A stretch of DNA of 59,605 nt, counting the filler, from Catajapyx aquilonaris (lineage: Eukaryota): the NCBI GenBank assembly GCA_000934665.2. It is 4 parts of 4 records of this genome, joined end to end, with 100 filler letters (N's around TTAATTAATTAA, not from the genome) between each part and the next. Parts side by side here need not be neighbours in the genome. Positions count along the whole stretch, not along the records: positions 1 to 14,814 come from JYFJ02007679.1; 3 more parts are not named here. One strand, written 5' to 3'. A model generated the notes under the pieces. The model was not told the origin of the DNA. It made no database searches and saw only the letters and a program-made list of their open reading frames with translations. Shown here piece by piece: positions 1 through 12,800 of this stretch; the stretch's first letter is position 1, and the number at the start of each line of letters is the position of its first letter. The translations under genes and the position numbers were made by a program.

Positions 1-1602
1 TGGCTCCACGTCCAGATATGATCAGAAGTGTCCAAAGGACAAGTCTACCGAGTTTCATACTTTTGTCACAAAATGCAAAGTTCAACCCCTTAGCACCAGG
101 ACTACAACTAGCTTTCTTTTAGCGGACGAACTATTCAATATCTGGTGATCTATTTGCCGCTGACAGTTGGCTTTTGTTTGCTTTCGTCCTGCCGCCGTGT
201 CCCACTTCCTCAGCTTCCGAACGTTAGGCAGGAAATGGAATAGGCCAGAGATGGATTTGAAAGTCATATCGGAAGCCATTCCTTTTGTTTCTGCTTTGCC
301 CTCAGGTGCAGGGGCTTTTAAAAATGGGGTCAGGGACGGGATGCATTTGGGGAGACACAGGAGAAGTAAATGGAGAGACTGGGAGCCAACGTGACGTCAC
401 AGGAAAGATGGCGCAGGTTGACGTCACCCAGCATGGCCCCCTCCATTTTTGAAGGTCATTGCATCGTCTGAGCTTTATTTGTTTGGGGTCAACCTTGAGA
501 GGAAGCAGGCAAGGTAATAAACTACCATCCACGATAAGCTGAGATTGCTGGCCCGCTCTTTCTCGAGACAAAGGGAAGGGGGCAATGACAGAATTTAATA
601 TCTGAGCAAGAACTTTCAGGATGGATGGCTGTAGCGAAAAACCAACTTCTGTCCCATCCTTTATATCTCCCCTAACCTGCAACTCACCTTGAAGTCTGAC
701 TGGACTCAGTTTTGCACCAAAAAATTGCCCAGAGATTCAGTATGCATTTCAGTTTTTTCCCGTCCTCCCTCGCAAATAATCGCTATATACCAGCCGCTCC
801 GGACGCAGTGAATCAACAGTGGACCATGTAGATATGGGAAGTGGGGAATGGGAATTGTCTGCAGGTAATGGACCACAAAAGAGGGGCGTGAAACTCGCAT
901 TTCGGCATAATCTTCGAGTCATTCAATTTCCAGGACTGGCTGAATGGCAAAAAACAGGATGACAGGGATATTGAGTGGGCCTTATTTCCATGCAGCCTGT
1001 ATCAGTGCCAAAGAAAAGGCCGGAGTGCATTGCGCCAGGAACCTGCCGCCCCATTCCCCCTCCCAATGTTTTCTAGCAGTCGCATTAGGTCACGAGACAA
1101 GACCAGCGTGGATTTTCCAGAGTGATGACTGGTTGCTGAGTCCAGGAAATGGAGACGAGTGCAGGCGTCTTTCTGCGTGCCAAGCTATAGCACAGGCCGG
1201 ATAGGAGCAGTTTTGCAGTACTCTAAACTGACTGGTTGGCCCTGTGGATACTGTATCTCTAAATTCCCAGCGATTTTGAATAGATGCCAATGGCTGGTTT
1301 GAAGCGATTGAGGTTTCACCTGGCATCCGGGGAAAGGCCAGCTGGGCTGGGTGATTGCTAGGACTAGGAGAATCCGTGTCACGGGGGTGCGTGGCAACGT
1401 GCGTGCTTGTTTATAAGGAAGGCGCCTGAAACCATGTTGTGGTCACGGCCAAGTGCAGTAAATACCATCGTCGCGAATGAGAGCGGGAACTTTTTCTCAT
1501 GTCGATGGTTTTGTTTGCTCTCATCTGAGTCAGGCAGGTTTTGAGGAATGATTTTTGGACAATGCATTAACTGAGCTGAAATGAAGGGAAACGTAATTAG
1601 TA

Positions 1603-2262
1603 CACTGTACTCCCTATTGTCCTGGTACGGATTATCCGTGCATCACCAAAAAAAAGGTCCAAAAATGTCAATATGTCTCAAACGAAAAAATACAGCAGGA
1701 GTTTAACTAAAAATCTATGTTAAGTTTTACTATTTTGATTAAACCTTAGTTAAAAAGCAGCATACACCATGTAGAGTAGTACATTAAAAACCTGATAATA
1801 GATCATTTTTACTACGATATGTAGGACCATTCTCGGATTATTCGTGTTTTCCAATTATTCGGCTATACCGGGGAGACGGAGTGGCGCCGCGGTAACGCGC
1901 GCGCCCACGGAAGTTAAGGTCCCGGGTTCAATCCCCACCCGGGGTTCCCACCTTCTTTCGTGCAGAGTTGGGCCATCTCTGGCTTCGTTTCGGGTAGCAA
2001 TTTCCGGCAGACTAAGCCACCCGGGGGAGTTCACAAAATGTCGATTAGAGACATTGCACTTGCACTTTGCACATCCCCTCCCACCCACCCTTGGAGCATA
2101 CTAATTAAGATTCTTCTTAAACTCGCTCCAAAAACAAAATTCCAAAGGTGGCAACCCACCCCCCCTAAGGAGTAGTATAACTCCCCCCGTGGGGTAATGA
2201 AAAAAAAAAATTATCCGGCTATACCGGTGCATTCATTAGCCCGGATAACCGGAAGTACAGTG
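1603..2262. mobile_element. pogo/Tigger-like MITE (Tc1/mariner superfamily) interrupted by a SINE
   Basis: Imperfect ~23-bp TIRs: CACTGTACTCCCTATTGTCCTGG versus the reverse complement of the right end CACTGTACTTCCGGTTATCCGGG. TA on both flanks (1601-1602, 2263-2264). No ORF. Confidence 0.55.
1870..2210 (+). mobile_element. tRNA-derived SINE, copy 1 (poly-A tail type)
   Basis: Pol III A-box-like TGGCGCCGCGG and B-box GGTTCAATCCC, A-tail at 2200-2210, 17-bp target-site duplication AATTAT(T/C)CGGCTATACC (1853-1869 / 2209-2225). Near-identical inverted copy at 15297-15632. Confidence 0.9.
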
Positions 2263-3345
2263 TACTTGGTATAACCCTGGTTTAAGTAGACCTACTAATT
2301 AATAATCAGTAAGTTCGCAAAGGATAAGGAATTGTCAGAAAGCTTTAAAAGACCTATTCATACAAACGCATGATCAAACAAAATATTTATAATAGTAGAC
2401 TAATCTATATAAATAAAGTAATAGACTAAAAGTAACGATAATAAGTAATTATGATAAGAAGGCAATTACAATATGCAAAAATGGGAGTCACATAATTATT
2501 AAACGATTGATTGATATAGTGTTTGCCAGCACTTGTCAATAACGAGGGAATACAGTAATGATGCAAAATGATCATTATCACTTAAATTATTAATGTAATT
2601 AGTAATTAATTCATTACTGGAAATGGTGGGAAATCTGGGCTCACAGTAATAACTGAAGAGCTCTTACTACTGAATGAGCCCTACAGCGAAGCTACTCACA
2701 AAACATCTTTCTCGCAACTTTACGTCAAGGTTCGTCCTATAGGCCCTAAGAACCCTTGCCCTTAAATTATGGACTGATTAGTATTCACCTAACAAATTAT
2801 CAAACATGTTTCAACCTTCAATTACCTAGTGTACACTTCGCAACGGAAGCCACACGATAGCTCCAAACTACGTCATATCTCCAAACTGTACAAGATAAAT
2901 CATGTCGGTCAGTAGCCATGAGCGTCTTCCTACCCTTGACCGACTGCCAGTTTGCCCCTGCCACGAGAGCAACCTGACGAACAACCCCGCCACATTGGTC
3001 ATCTACCTGCCAGGATAAGTGCTGACACCGCATTTGGGCATCACATCATCAGTAAAATGCGATGATCTTTACAACCCGATCAATACATTTGACGACCTAC
3101 CAAACACGATCTAATTAGTTTGCCATCTGTATCTAGCATACTCTCCCATTTCACCTGTAAAACCCCCCCCCTCACACACACACAAAAAAAAACGCATCGA
3201 TCCTATTTTACCCCATTCTTCCAAATGAGACGCATGCCCATGTGTGCAAGTGCGTGAGTATGCACGCCGGTTCGTAATTGGCGCTGGGTAGGAAGGGGCG
3301 TTCCTCCTGTACGGCACCTGGTAGTGTGCGCGCTGCATCGACCAT

Positions 3346-3355
3346 GTCACGTGAC
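3346..3355. promoter_or_regulatory. Palindromic E-box (GTCACGTGAC, USF/MiT-TFE CLEAR-type) in a CpG-rich stretch ~190 nt upstream of the Cav3 start codon
   Basis: Exact 10-bp palindrome in a locally GC/CpG-rich region (about 3250-3400). Function not shown. Confidence 0.3.
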
Positions 3356-3543
3356 GGGACCCCCAATAAGCTCCCCGGCCCGAGAAAAGCGGCCAAGACA
3401 AGTCCAGAACGGGTGTGGGGACTGGTGAATGTAGAGGGAAAAGTAACTTGCTGAAGACATGGTGCTCCGGACACTAGTTGAGCGCCAGGTGGGGACTTAG
3501 TGCTAGTGGGTGGAGGGGGGGGGGTGGGGTTGACAGTCCAACA

Positions 3544-3824
3544 ATGCCGCCTCCAAGCCCGCCGATCATCACCTACAAGGAAGCCTCTCCAGCACCTCCG
3601 GACCAACCAGGCCAAGAAGAAGAGGAGGAGGAAGAGGAAGCTGTGGACAACGGGCAGCTGATGGAAGTGACCAGCATGGATTACGGTTCCGAAGGGGAAT
3701 CGGACTTTAACATGTCGGTGGTGTCGGTGGAACAGCCCTTCCCTGGCTTCGTCCCGTTGTCCATGAGGTGCTTGGACCAAGAGTCCCGATTGAGGAGCGT
3801 GTGTCTGCGGCTGATCACCAATCC
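3544..3824 (+). CDS. Ca-alpha1T: First coding exon of a T-type voltage-gated calcium channel alpha-1 subunit (Cav3 / Ca-alpha1T-like); partial gene
   Basis: ATG at 3544 gives MPPPSPP..., an acidic tract, then QPFPGFVPLSMRCLDQESRLRSVCLRLITNP. This matches the Cav3 pre-IS1 motif (PYP......F.L.Q...PR.WCL....NP/WF). The exon ends in phase 2 (CC|) exactly at a U12 donor, the conserved intron position in voltage-gated Ca/Na channel genes. The next exon is not in this piece. Confidence 0.88.
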
Positions 3825-3833
3825 ATATCCTTT
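3825..3833 (+). other. U12-type (minor spliceosome, AT-AC class) 5' splice site
   Basis: ATATCCTTT is a perfect match to the U12 donor consensus RTATCCTTT and directly follows the ...ITNP codons. Confidence 0.9.
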
Positions 3834-6800
3834 TGTTTGAGTTTAATCCTTTAGATTTCAGGTTGAGGAAGATGGTACGGCAAGAAAGAAAACAGAAGGT
3901 AGGTGTATTGTTGTTTTTGCAAGGAATGGGGAAGAGGGATGGGCTGGCTTATCTAGCCCATATGTTGTTGTATGGATTTAGATATTCCACTCAAGTTGGG
4001 TGTCACATAAGGTATATTTGACTTGTTGGTGACTGTCGTGGTATACAGTGGCCACTTATACGCCACATGACAAATTGTCTAGAAAAATATTGCCAGATAT
4101 CGCCGGCTCTCTTTCTATTAACATAACAATTGTCCGGCGGATATGGAATTCCCTCAGCCAGGAACACGAAAATAGCTCTCCTTGTAAGGAAGTAGACCTA
4201 TAGGACAGTGTTAAAAGGAACTGACAACGCAATTCCGAGCCAGTGTAACATTTCCTCCAAATCAGCTTACAAGCTATTCAGGTTGGTCAACCTTTGGAGA
4301 CTCCCAACTTTTACAACGATAGCAAGATCAATGATCCCATTTTGTAATAATTGGGGCTAGTCACGGAAGGAATGCCGATCAAATACGCTCCTAGGGAATC
4401 AGGAGATTCTCATGGGAGAAATGACCGCACTTTTTCCTACCCACCGTCCCTTACATAAAATACTAGTTGGTACATCGCATTCCTCCATATACATTCATGC
4501 CCAAGCGGGGTATCTGTGGGGTAATATTCATTAGAACAGGGATGAGCTCATGGTTTCGCACACAATTCCCCGAATGTTTGGTAATTTGCAGTTTGAAAAC
4601 TTGGGCACATATTGATTTTGGAGCAGACTTCATGAAAATGAGTTTTACCCTTCGGACAGGAAAGAATAATTGGCTGGAACCAACAAAAACAAGCCTTGCT
4701 GTCAATTCCTATCCACACATACAACTGGCTAGGTTGGAAAGTTTTCTCGTATTTTTGTCCCAAGTTTTTCCAACTCTGCACTAAAATTCGAACCAAGAGA
4801 GGTTTCAGGAATCTTCACCATAATGCACTTAAAAATCGAAAATCTGCTCTTGGCTCATTTTCCGTAAGAAGTGACTTTCAACCCAGCTGAAATCATATTT
4901 GGGCTCCCACCATAATTCATTCAGTGAGACCCAAGCCCAAGGGTTATTTACCAGGGGCATCCTAGGGGCCTTGAAAAGTATGCCTGAAAATTTTTTTTGG
5001 AGTGCAGTCTAGCGCTACACTTACACTCTCTCTTGGATATCGCTCAAAGGAAAAGGGAGGCAGAAGCGGAAGCAGACCTGTTTTTATCCACACTTGAAGG
5101 AATGCGAAGCAGAGAGAGGGGAGAGAAGAGGAAGCTTCACTTGGATCTCTTTTTACGGGCAAGAGCAGTAGTTGTTGTCATTCTTCCATGGGTAATGTCC
5201 CACTCCAAACTAGAGGAGGGGACTAAAGGAAGGTTTGGAGTGGTAACCTAGCTTTAGAAGAGGATCCGCGTTATTGCTGGAATTGTTGGATCGGATTTCG
5301 TGGTATGCGATATACGGTCAGAGACCTGAATTGATATTCTGACCTTGGTTCGCCTTGATCGCAGTCCATTCCGATTGGTCCAATCCGACCTTGAGGCAAT
5401 GACAGTGATGGAACCCCCGCAATCCGGACACGGTTGACACACTCCTATCTGAAAAATGAGCCTAGCTTTTTGAGCAAGAGGTCGGCAATAGCTCTACCAA
5501 ATGCATTGTTGGCTTCCAAAATCTCCCACCTCCCTCCTCCCCCTTTTTCCTGTCTGGGACAGTTTCTGTATCGAATTTCGAACCGACATCATGTCGTGCT
5601 ATCAGCTGAAGACCGCCCCTCCTATACCTCCCTGCTATTTCCCGCAACCGTCATGTCCTTGTTCACTCTATTCATGTCTAGGTCGAGGCGGGCATCCCCC
5701 CCCTTTTTTTTCTTCCGTTCTGGTAAAATTCAGGTGCCGCATGTAATCGCTCGGAATCGCTGGCCACGCTCCAGCCCCGCTTTTCAATTGGCAGGAGTGA
5801 GGTAGCACCGTCCAATTACGTGTTTTGAAATAAGGGTCTGGGGCCCAAGATATGACGGAGGTGACTTATAACGCGAACTTTTGTAGGGCGAAAAACCGTG
5901 ACTAGGAAAACCGGGTGGGATTCTCCAGGGCGTTGTTTTAGATCACGCGATGTCCGAAAGGTTAGGAGAAAAATACCAAGTCCTATTGGTAAACTGCTCA
6001 CACGCGTTTGTGTACATAAACAACGAACTTGGCCCCCGCAGTGCAGGGGGCATAAAATTTATTTCGACTTTATTTTATTTTTTTCTTCTTTTTTTTCTGG
6101 AGGATAGAGGGGGAAGGTGAAGAAGAGTTTCTCAAGGGAAGTGCTGATTTATTACCTGCGCACTAAATGTTATTAAGGATTTTTTTTCCCCCCGGATGAG
6201 TAAGAAGCACCTTGAAAATTTGCACTTAGTCGCGAAGTCGGTGGGGGGAAAAAGCTCGTGGGACTTCAAACACTTTGAGGTTGGACTTGTCAGGATGCAG
6301 GCGTTCAATGCAGGGTGGTGCAGAAATCCGGCCTGGTTGATTTTCAAAGGCTGCTAGGGGAATATTTTTTTCGGTCGCAACCTGATGTGACAATTTTGTA
6401 GCTTAAATGCAGCTAAATTCAGGGTTATGTAGCGTGCTCTCATTAGTTGGGTCCTGGAATAAATTTTTTATAGACGCCCTAATTTTGGGTCTAAATTTGG
6501 TGTTCACATGTGCAACTTTAATTGTCCAGTTACATCAATTATGCGAAAGGCTGACGTTTTCTCAAACCCAGAAAAAGGAAACTTACATAAGATAGTCACG
6601 ACTGAAAGACGTCATTGTGCTAAATAATCCGACACATACAAATTGTTGTGCCCTATATGACGCCATTCGCTGGGAAATTACAACTTCCAATTTGCCCATT
6701 GATTTTTTTTGCCTCTTTCTATCAGAGATTTGCGCCAACAATTTATCTTTCTGTAAACTACTGTCCTGTACCAATCAATTTTTAGTTCTCTCTCAGAGCA

Positions 6801-9800
6801 ATGGGCTCCAACCATGTGCAGCACCCGAGTTATCAATTAACCGCGAAACCCTGTACCCTTGCTGGATGCTCTTGAAAAAAGCATGAGCTGCAATCGGAGA
6901 CTCTGGAAACACTCCAGTCTCTAGCATGGCGAAACCTTCCTGATGCGTCGGCAAACACCATTTTTTTGTGTTTGTTTGTCTCCTCTCCAGTGCAGGTTGA
7001 TTCCATTGCGCAATAAATCCACTTAAATGAAATGTGCTGGTGTCACGTAATTCCCCAGTCAAAGGAATACACAAGAATATGGAATCAAATATTTAGAGTA
7101 GGCAAATTACCGCTCGCTTTTCCTTGCAAGCTCTTAAGGAGCTTTAATGCGAAAATTACCCGCCTCGTCCTTCTTCAAAGCACCCCCTTCTTCTTTGATC
7201 TTTTCCAAATGCAAGAAAAAGCTTCTCCCGGGTTTTATTTGGGGATTACGTCCAGGGAGGAGCTGGTCGCAAGGCTTACACCACGGCCTTCTTGTAACGC
7301 AGGCACAGAAATGGTGTTATTTACCGTGTGGTCTGACCTTGTCAGGGGATTACTTCAATATGGAACCGCACGTTGGATTTTTGCTATTCTATGACATATG
7401 CCGAGCCGCTTTTGATTGCGATCTTAAAAGGCCTGCTATGAACATGCAAATACGCTTATTTTCAATAAACAAGCAATGTTTTGGAAATGGGAGGGTAATA
7501 CGCACTAGCACTCCTTTTATACCGGCATGATACGGATTACAGTATGTTGATCCGTACTCACCGGGACATCATATTACAGGCGAGAATATAAGCATGGACC
7601 AGTCTATTCAGCGACACTTCATTGTGGCGCGAGTTTTGAAACCGCAAAGAATTCGCGCCCGAAAGGAGTGAATGGGAACACGACCCCATTGCTGCTGCAA
7701 AGTTTGCTGGTTCCTTGAATGGTGCAAGGGGAGCATGCTGGGATACGTCAAAATGTGAGCCCCCCTCTGGAGTTCGAAAGAAAGAAAAGAAGAGTGTAGT
7801 CTGCTGTAGGGGGCCATGTGTGTGCGAATAGGAATATTGGCACCTATTCAAAGTACTAGTCTGCACGCGGGACCCAACTGGAATAAACATGGCTGCACTT
7901 TTTTTTTTTGTTTCTTGGGTCCCGCCATGCCAGTTTCTTTTTTGTTCCAAGTCCTGTGAGTCAAAGTTTCAGAGGAAATGAGGCGAGATTGGGGCCTGAT
8001 CGGTTTAGGACGAAGAACGGGATTGCTCTTGGAATTGCGTTACGACTTACGAGACTGTTTTGGCCTTCTTTTTCTTGCGATTTCGGGGCCAAGGGTGGGA
8101 GGGATTTATTGTCGGTCCCATTGGACAAGTCCAAATTAATTTCTAGGTGCGGGGGGCACTTATTCGGCGATGGCAACTTGTTTACAATGCAACGAAGGTC
8201 GGGTTATTGATTTCGTACCCGCACGCAGTGTCGTTGCCAAAATGATTTTAGTAGGGTCTCCGACCAACCGCATGTTCAATGTCCATGCACTATTTATGTC
8301 ACAATGGTGGGGTGGGTCACTGACAAAATATCAGGAGTCAATTGGGCGTCGAATTTTCTCTACTACACTGGTCAGCTCATCCACCGCCCCCAATCAGAGG
8401 CGTAATGGACATGAACAGTATTGTTTTTTGAAGGGGTTATGGGGCGATTCCCTGTTCTCTTCCATTGTTGAAAATGAATTGGTCCGGGGGTCAGGTCTCG
8501 GATATTTTTGGGAGTAGCAGTGAAAGTGTCGTGAGGGATGGATGTTTAACCCGACATATGGACATGCGAAGGGTCCAAACGTGTGGCGTGTGGTGACAGG
8601 CAAGATTCCAATGCTATTTGAGGGCAGGTATTTCTAGCGTGTCGCCAAATGATGCCTCGAACAGTAGTGTTGCTGCTTATCCTGCGCTATAAAAGAGGGT
8701 GTAATTAGTCTCGTTTGGCAACCACTACTGCAATAATTAAATTTCAAAGTGCACGGGAAAGGCTTTAGCTCAAGGGAGCTTTTCAGGAACGTCATTTCCG
8801 TATGCGATCTCATATTTTGCTAGGATAACTTCTAAGAGACTATTCGAGTTTGGATGAAATCATATTCAAAGATGAAAGGATGAAAGGGTTGGACGTCAGA
8901 ATGCTCTCTGTTAAAAATCGAATATCGAATAGTTCCCTGGCTGCAGTATAAGAAAAATGCAACGAATTTTTTTGATCCTAGAAAGGAGAGATGCTGAAGC
9001 AAGTTGTGTCTGTTATTCTACTGCACAGTATCTTTGTAATATAATAATGCGACCGATAAAAGTGACCAAGCCGAAGCAAACCTACTGTACACCGCTATAC
9101 AATATGTAGACCAAAGAGGCGCATAGATTTTACACGTCAATTACGTCATTTATTTACGCCCATGCGGAATAGTTAAAGCGGCGTGATGAAATTTTAACAC
9201 CGTTGTAATGAGGATGAGCGCACATTCATGTAATGCGTCATTATCCAAGAAAATGTCGGAAATGATAAATGAGGCCTAACAGGCCAAAGAATCCGCATCA
9301 TATTTTGATGAAGACAGGTGGAGAGATCCTCGAGAAGCCCTAGTGGTGCCTAGTGGCCTACCAGATATGGATGCAGCTAGTGTAGTTGAGTGAGCAAGAG
9401 AGGACTTTCAAGTTCCCAATCCGCGGATCCAGAAGATAAGAGGGGAGATGGAGGGAAAAGAGGAATGTTAATGCTGAATAAGTGGATTTACCTCGTGCCC
9501 CTGGGTCTCACACTGTGAGCGATTGTTATCTAGACATCTTGAGAACGGCTCGTTTATTCACCCACTTGTCATCTGGATTGCATGTCAGCGCTTCAGGCGG
9601 GTTTTTTCACCCCCATTCCCCACCCTGCCCTGGTTCGGAGTGTTCAAAGTCGGTCTTTTTGCGTTGAGGTACGGGCTTGACATGTATGTTTGGAAGGGGC
9701 TGACTTGAGAGTCAAGTGCCCCTTCCGAATACCCCACCCACACTGCCTCAACTGCCCTTTGTTTCCTCTTGCTCACGCTTCCGGCAGTATGTCTTAATTT

Positions 9801-12800
9801 GTGCTGGAACATATTGGCAAACCGTTCGGCCATGGTCGCGGCTTTATATGGTCTCGAACGGTTTCTCGGAGCTCCTTCCTGATGACAGATCATTAGTTTT
9901 GTGGTTCGCACCTCACACTCGTGCGCAATTGGACCAGGAGGGCAGCGACTGATAGCCGTATTCGCACACTGACGCGAATGTGACTGGCGAAACGTCGCTT
10001 AGGTGCCAGAATGCCAAACTATTGATAAGTATGACAAGCAGTTATGAAGCAATGCGGCTCCCAGGGCCATTGGCCATACCGGACAGCATTGTCGTTCCAT
10101 GACGCCACCGCCAGAGGTGCCACATCTTCGGGGCCTCCAGACGAGTGTCCCAATGAAAAACCCTTGACTCGAATGATTTTGACCCGACCTCTTTCACCAT
10201 CCATAAACTCAGTTGGCAATGTGACGTTGCACTCGGCTCGTGCAGTTTCGAGCCTTGAAACCCGCTGAGAACCGGGAGTGCCAACTGAGTGAAGGAGAGC
10301 AAAACGTGACGGCTGAAGCACCCATCAAAACATTTCTGCTTTCACTGGCATGGAGATGGGTGAAGAATGCAGCCCGATCTATTTGCGGATGTTTTGCAAC
10401 GATCAGGTCGAGTGAGAGCAAGAGAAGAGGCAATTTCGGCCAGGATAAGGCCGGAATTTGCGATTGGGATGAAGGGTACGGGAAGAGCCTCCCATAACGC
10501 TGCATGGTGTCAACCCTTCAACCTCCCTCATGAAACGGCCAGTGCTGATAAGGCTTGGCTCCGGCCACCAAAAAGCAGGTCAAGAGGGGTTGGGGGCTGG
10601 TGTCACTGTTTACCAAATGTCGGCATCTTGTCTTATCCCAGGGACGCTTCGGCACCAGAGGAATGCTTCCCGACGCCTCCACTCTCTCTGCCAGTCCGTC
10701 ATTTTGACACTAACGACACTGAGACTACACGGACCCCTCAAGACTCTGGCACAGGTGATGGATTTCTCCTTACTCCCGACCCACGTCGCATTTCTCACCT
10801 TACGCTCCGATTTCACACCTGACGCACAACTTTGGAGACAGCTCAACTTTTGACATTGTCAGAGGTTTCTCTACTGACGTGAGAGGGGCTCCGAAATATA
10901 TGATGGGTCTAAGGGACGCAGTAGTTTCTCAGGGAACTAGATGAAATCAATAGCGCAGTGGCTGGTAGCTGTGATTTCCTGCAGCCTAATTAATAATTCC
11001 TGCGTAATCCTGTGTTTAATTTATTCACTCCGGAAGCATTCCTCTATAGTGTGGTTGGGCTGCTCCACAGGGCGTTGGCATTCAGCCGTACACCGATATC
11101 CACTACTACATCCTAGAACCAGGAACAAAGGGGGTATCAGTAGCCTTGGAGAAAAACCTAACACACTGTAAATAGTTCTGCCACATGTGCGAGCAGAAGC
11201 CAGTGGTTATAGCCAAGTTTACACATTTACTGCAGAGAGAAGGACCCGTACCTGAGTTCGCTTTGTATTTTGAAAGAGAACCAATCACAGTTAGATCCTG
11301 TCTGCTACATTCTCAGTCGGTTGAATCAAAATCACCTAAACGAGATCCTGAATTAGGCGCGTTCCATTTGAGTGTTATCCACCCATTCTCTGGAGGCTAT
11401 TTCAACTCAGCTTGGGGTGATTTGCAAGACAAGTTCAAGTGATTGGATAAATGGGGAGGAATAGCCCTGTAGTTTAAATCAGGAGTTGGGCCCAAGTGCA
11501 GAAATTTTCGTTGTTTATTGGGAGCAGTGCAGTTCCCTCAATATAATCGGTCATATGTTAGTGGATCGGGTCGGAACCGACACGGCATTCCTTCAAAACC
11601 TTGCACTGATGTTTAGGCCTTCCAAAAAAGGCTAAGAAAAATATGGCTTCTGCCTTGCATTTCTCCGTTTGTCGCTGAAGAAGTCCCGCATTCCTCAACC
11701 TCTCTATGGGTCATGAAACTATTTTGGAGCCCTTAATTAGGTCACGTGTGCTCATATAATCCAGGAACGTTTACATATTTTTACCTTTGATGTAAGTTAC
11801 TCCTAGTCACATGACTGTATGGAACTCGTTATAGCCCGGTTTTAACGGAAGAGTTTTTTGCCAGGCTTAACGACAGCGTAAACAAGCCATTATTGGAAAT
11901 CTGCGCCCCCTATCGAAACGGGCCAGAAAGTTAGGCTCCAATGGAATAATAATACCGCAAATTCTTCCCGCTCTGGTTGAAAAGTCATTCGCTGGAAGCG
12001 CTCTAGTGGCATTCAGGGGCTTACAAACTGCCGACATCGGCATCTTATTAATGAATCATCCATAAATCTGAGCGCATTGTGATCATCGGGCATGCTAGTG
12101 GTAATTGGTTGAAAGCGATTCGCCATCACCCCCCCCCCCCCCCGGNCCCCGGGTATCTCGTTATATCCTTTCTTCGTCTAGAAAATAGCGACTGCATTCT
12201 CATAAGTGACCGGTCAACCTTGGGTCAAGGACAATATTTTACGATCAGTCCAATTTTTTTTTGTCATTTATATTCGAATAAATTCGGGCAGTCAACTTGA
12301 GGTCAGAGGTATAAGAAGGTGTAATTTCCCACCCTTAATCTTGATACCGTAGTCAACACGAAATTATTAGGGGTAAGGAATTGCGCAAACACTTAGCGCA
12401 ATCCATAGTTTTGCTGGCGGAATAGTAATTGACTTGGGCTGGCCTCTAAGCACCCGTATAATAAGGCTAAAGTAATTACGGAGCTGTAAAGTTGGAGGGG
12501 GCGAATGTTGAGCCTGTAGCTATGGTAGGGAAATTTGAGCTCCAACATCTGCATATCCTACCCAACCCAATGCTTCACCCTACCTTGGTCCTTTACGTTT
12601 CCTTGTCGAGTGCTTTACTTCAAAGGACAATCAATGTGTACGGTAGGAATTTGCGCTGACAGGACGAAAATGGTTGATGCGATGAATGCTTGACGAATTC
12701 GTATCAAGCGGTCTGTCTGCCAAATCTACTTAAGGGTATTTACACGCCTAATCGACTCACTTTTACGGGGACGTTTTGATGATTGTGCGTGGAGGAATTG

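Noticed and set aside
1..104. Possible right end of an Academ-like element (TTTCATACTTTTGTCACAAAATGCA...GGACTA)
   Set aside because: Resemblance from recall only; the other end is outside the window, so it cannot be supported.
1870..1945. tRNA gene suggested by A and B boxes
   Set aside because: It is the head of a multi-copy SINE with tail and TSDs; no convincing cloverleaf or adjacent T-run terminator.
7147..7530. LPCGLTLSGDYFN resembling a reverse-transcriptase LPFGL motif
   Set aside because: No YxDD or other RT motifs seen nearby; probably chance.
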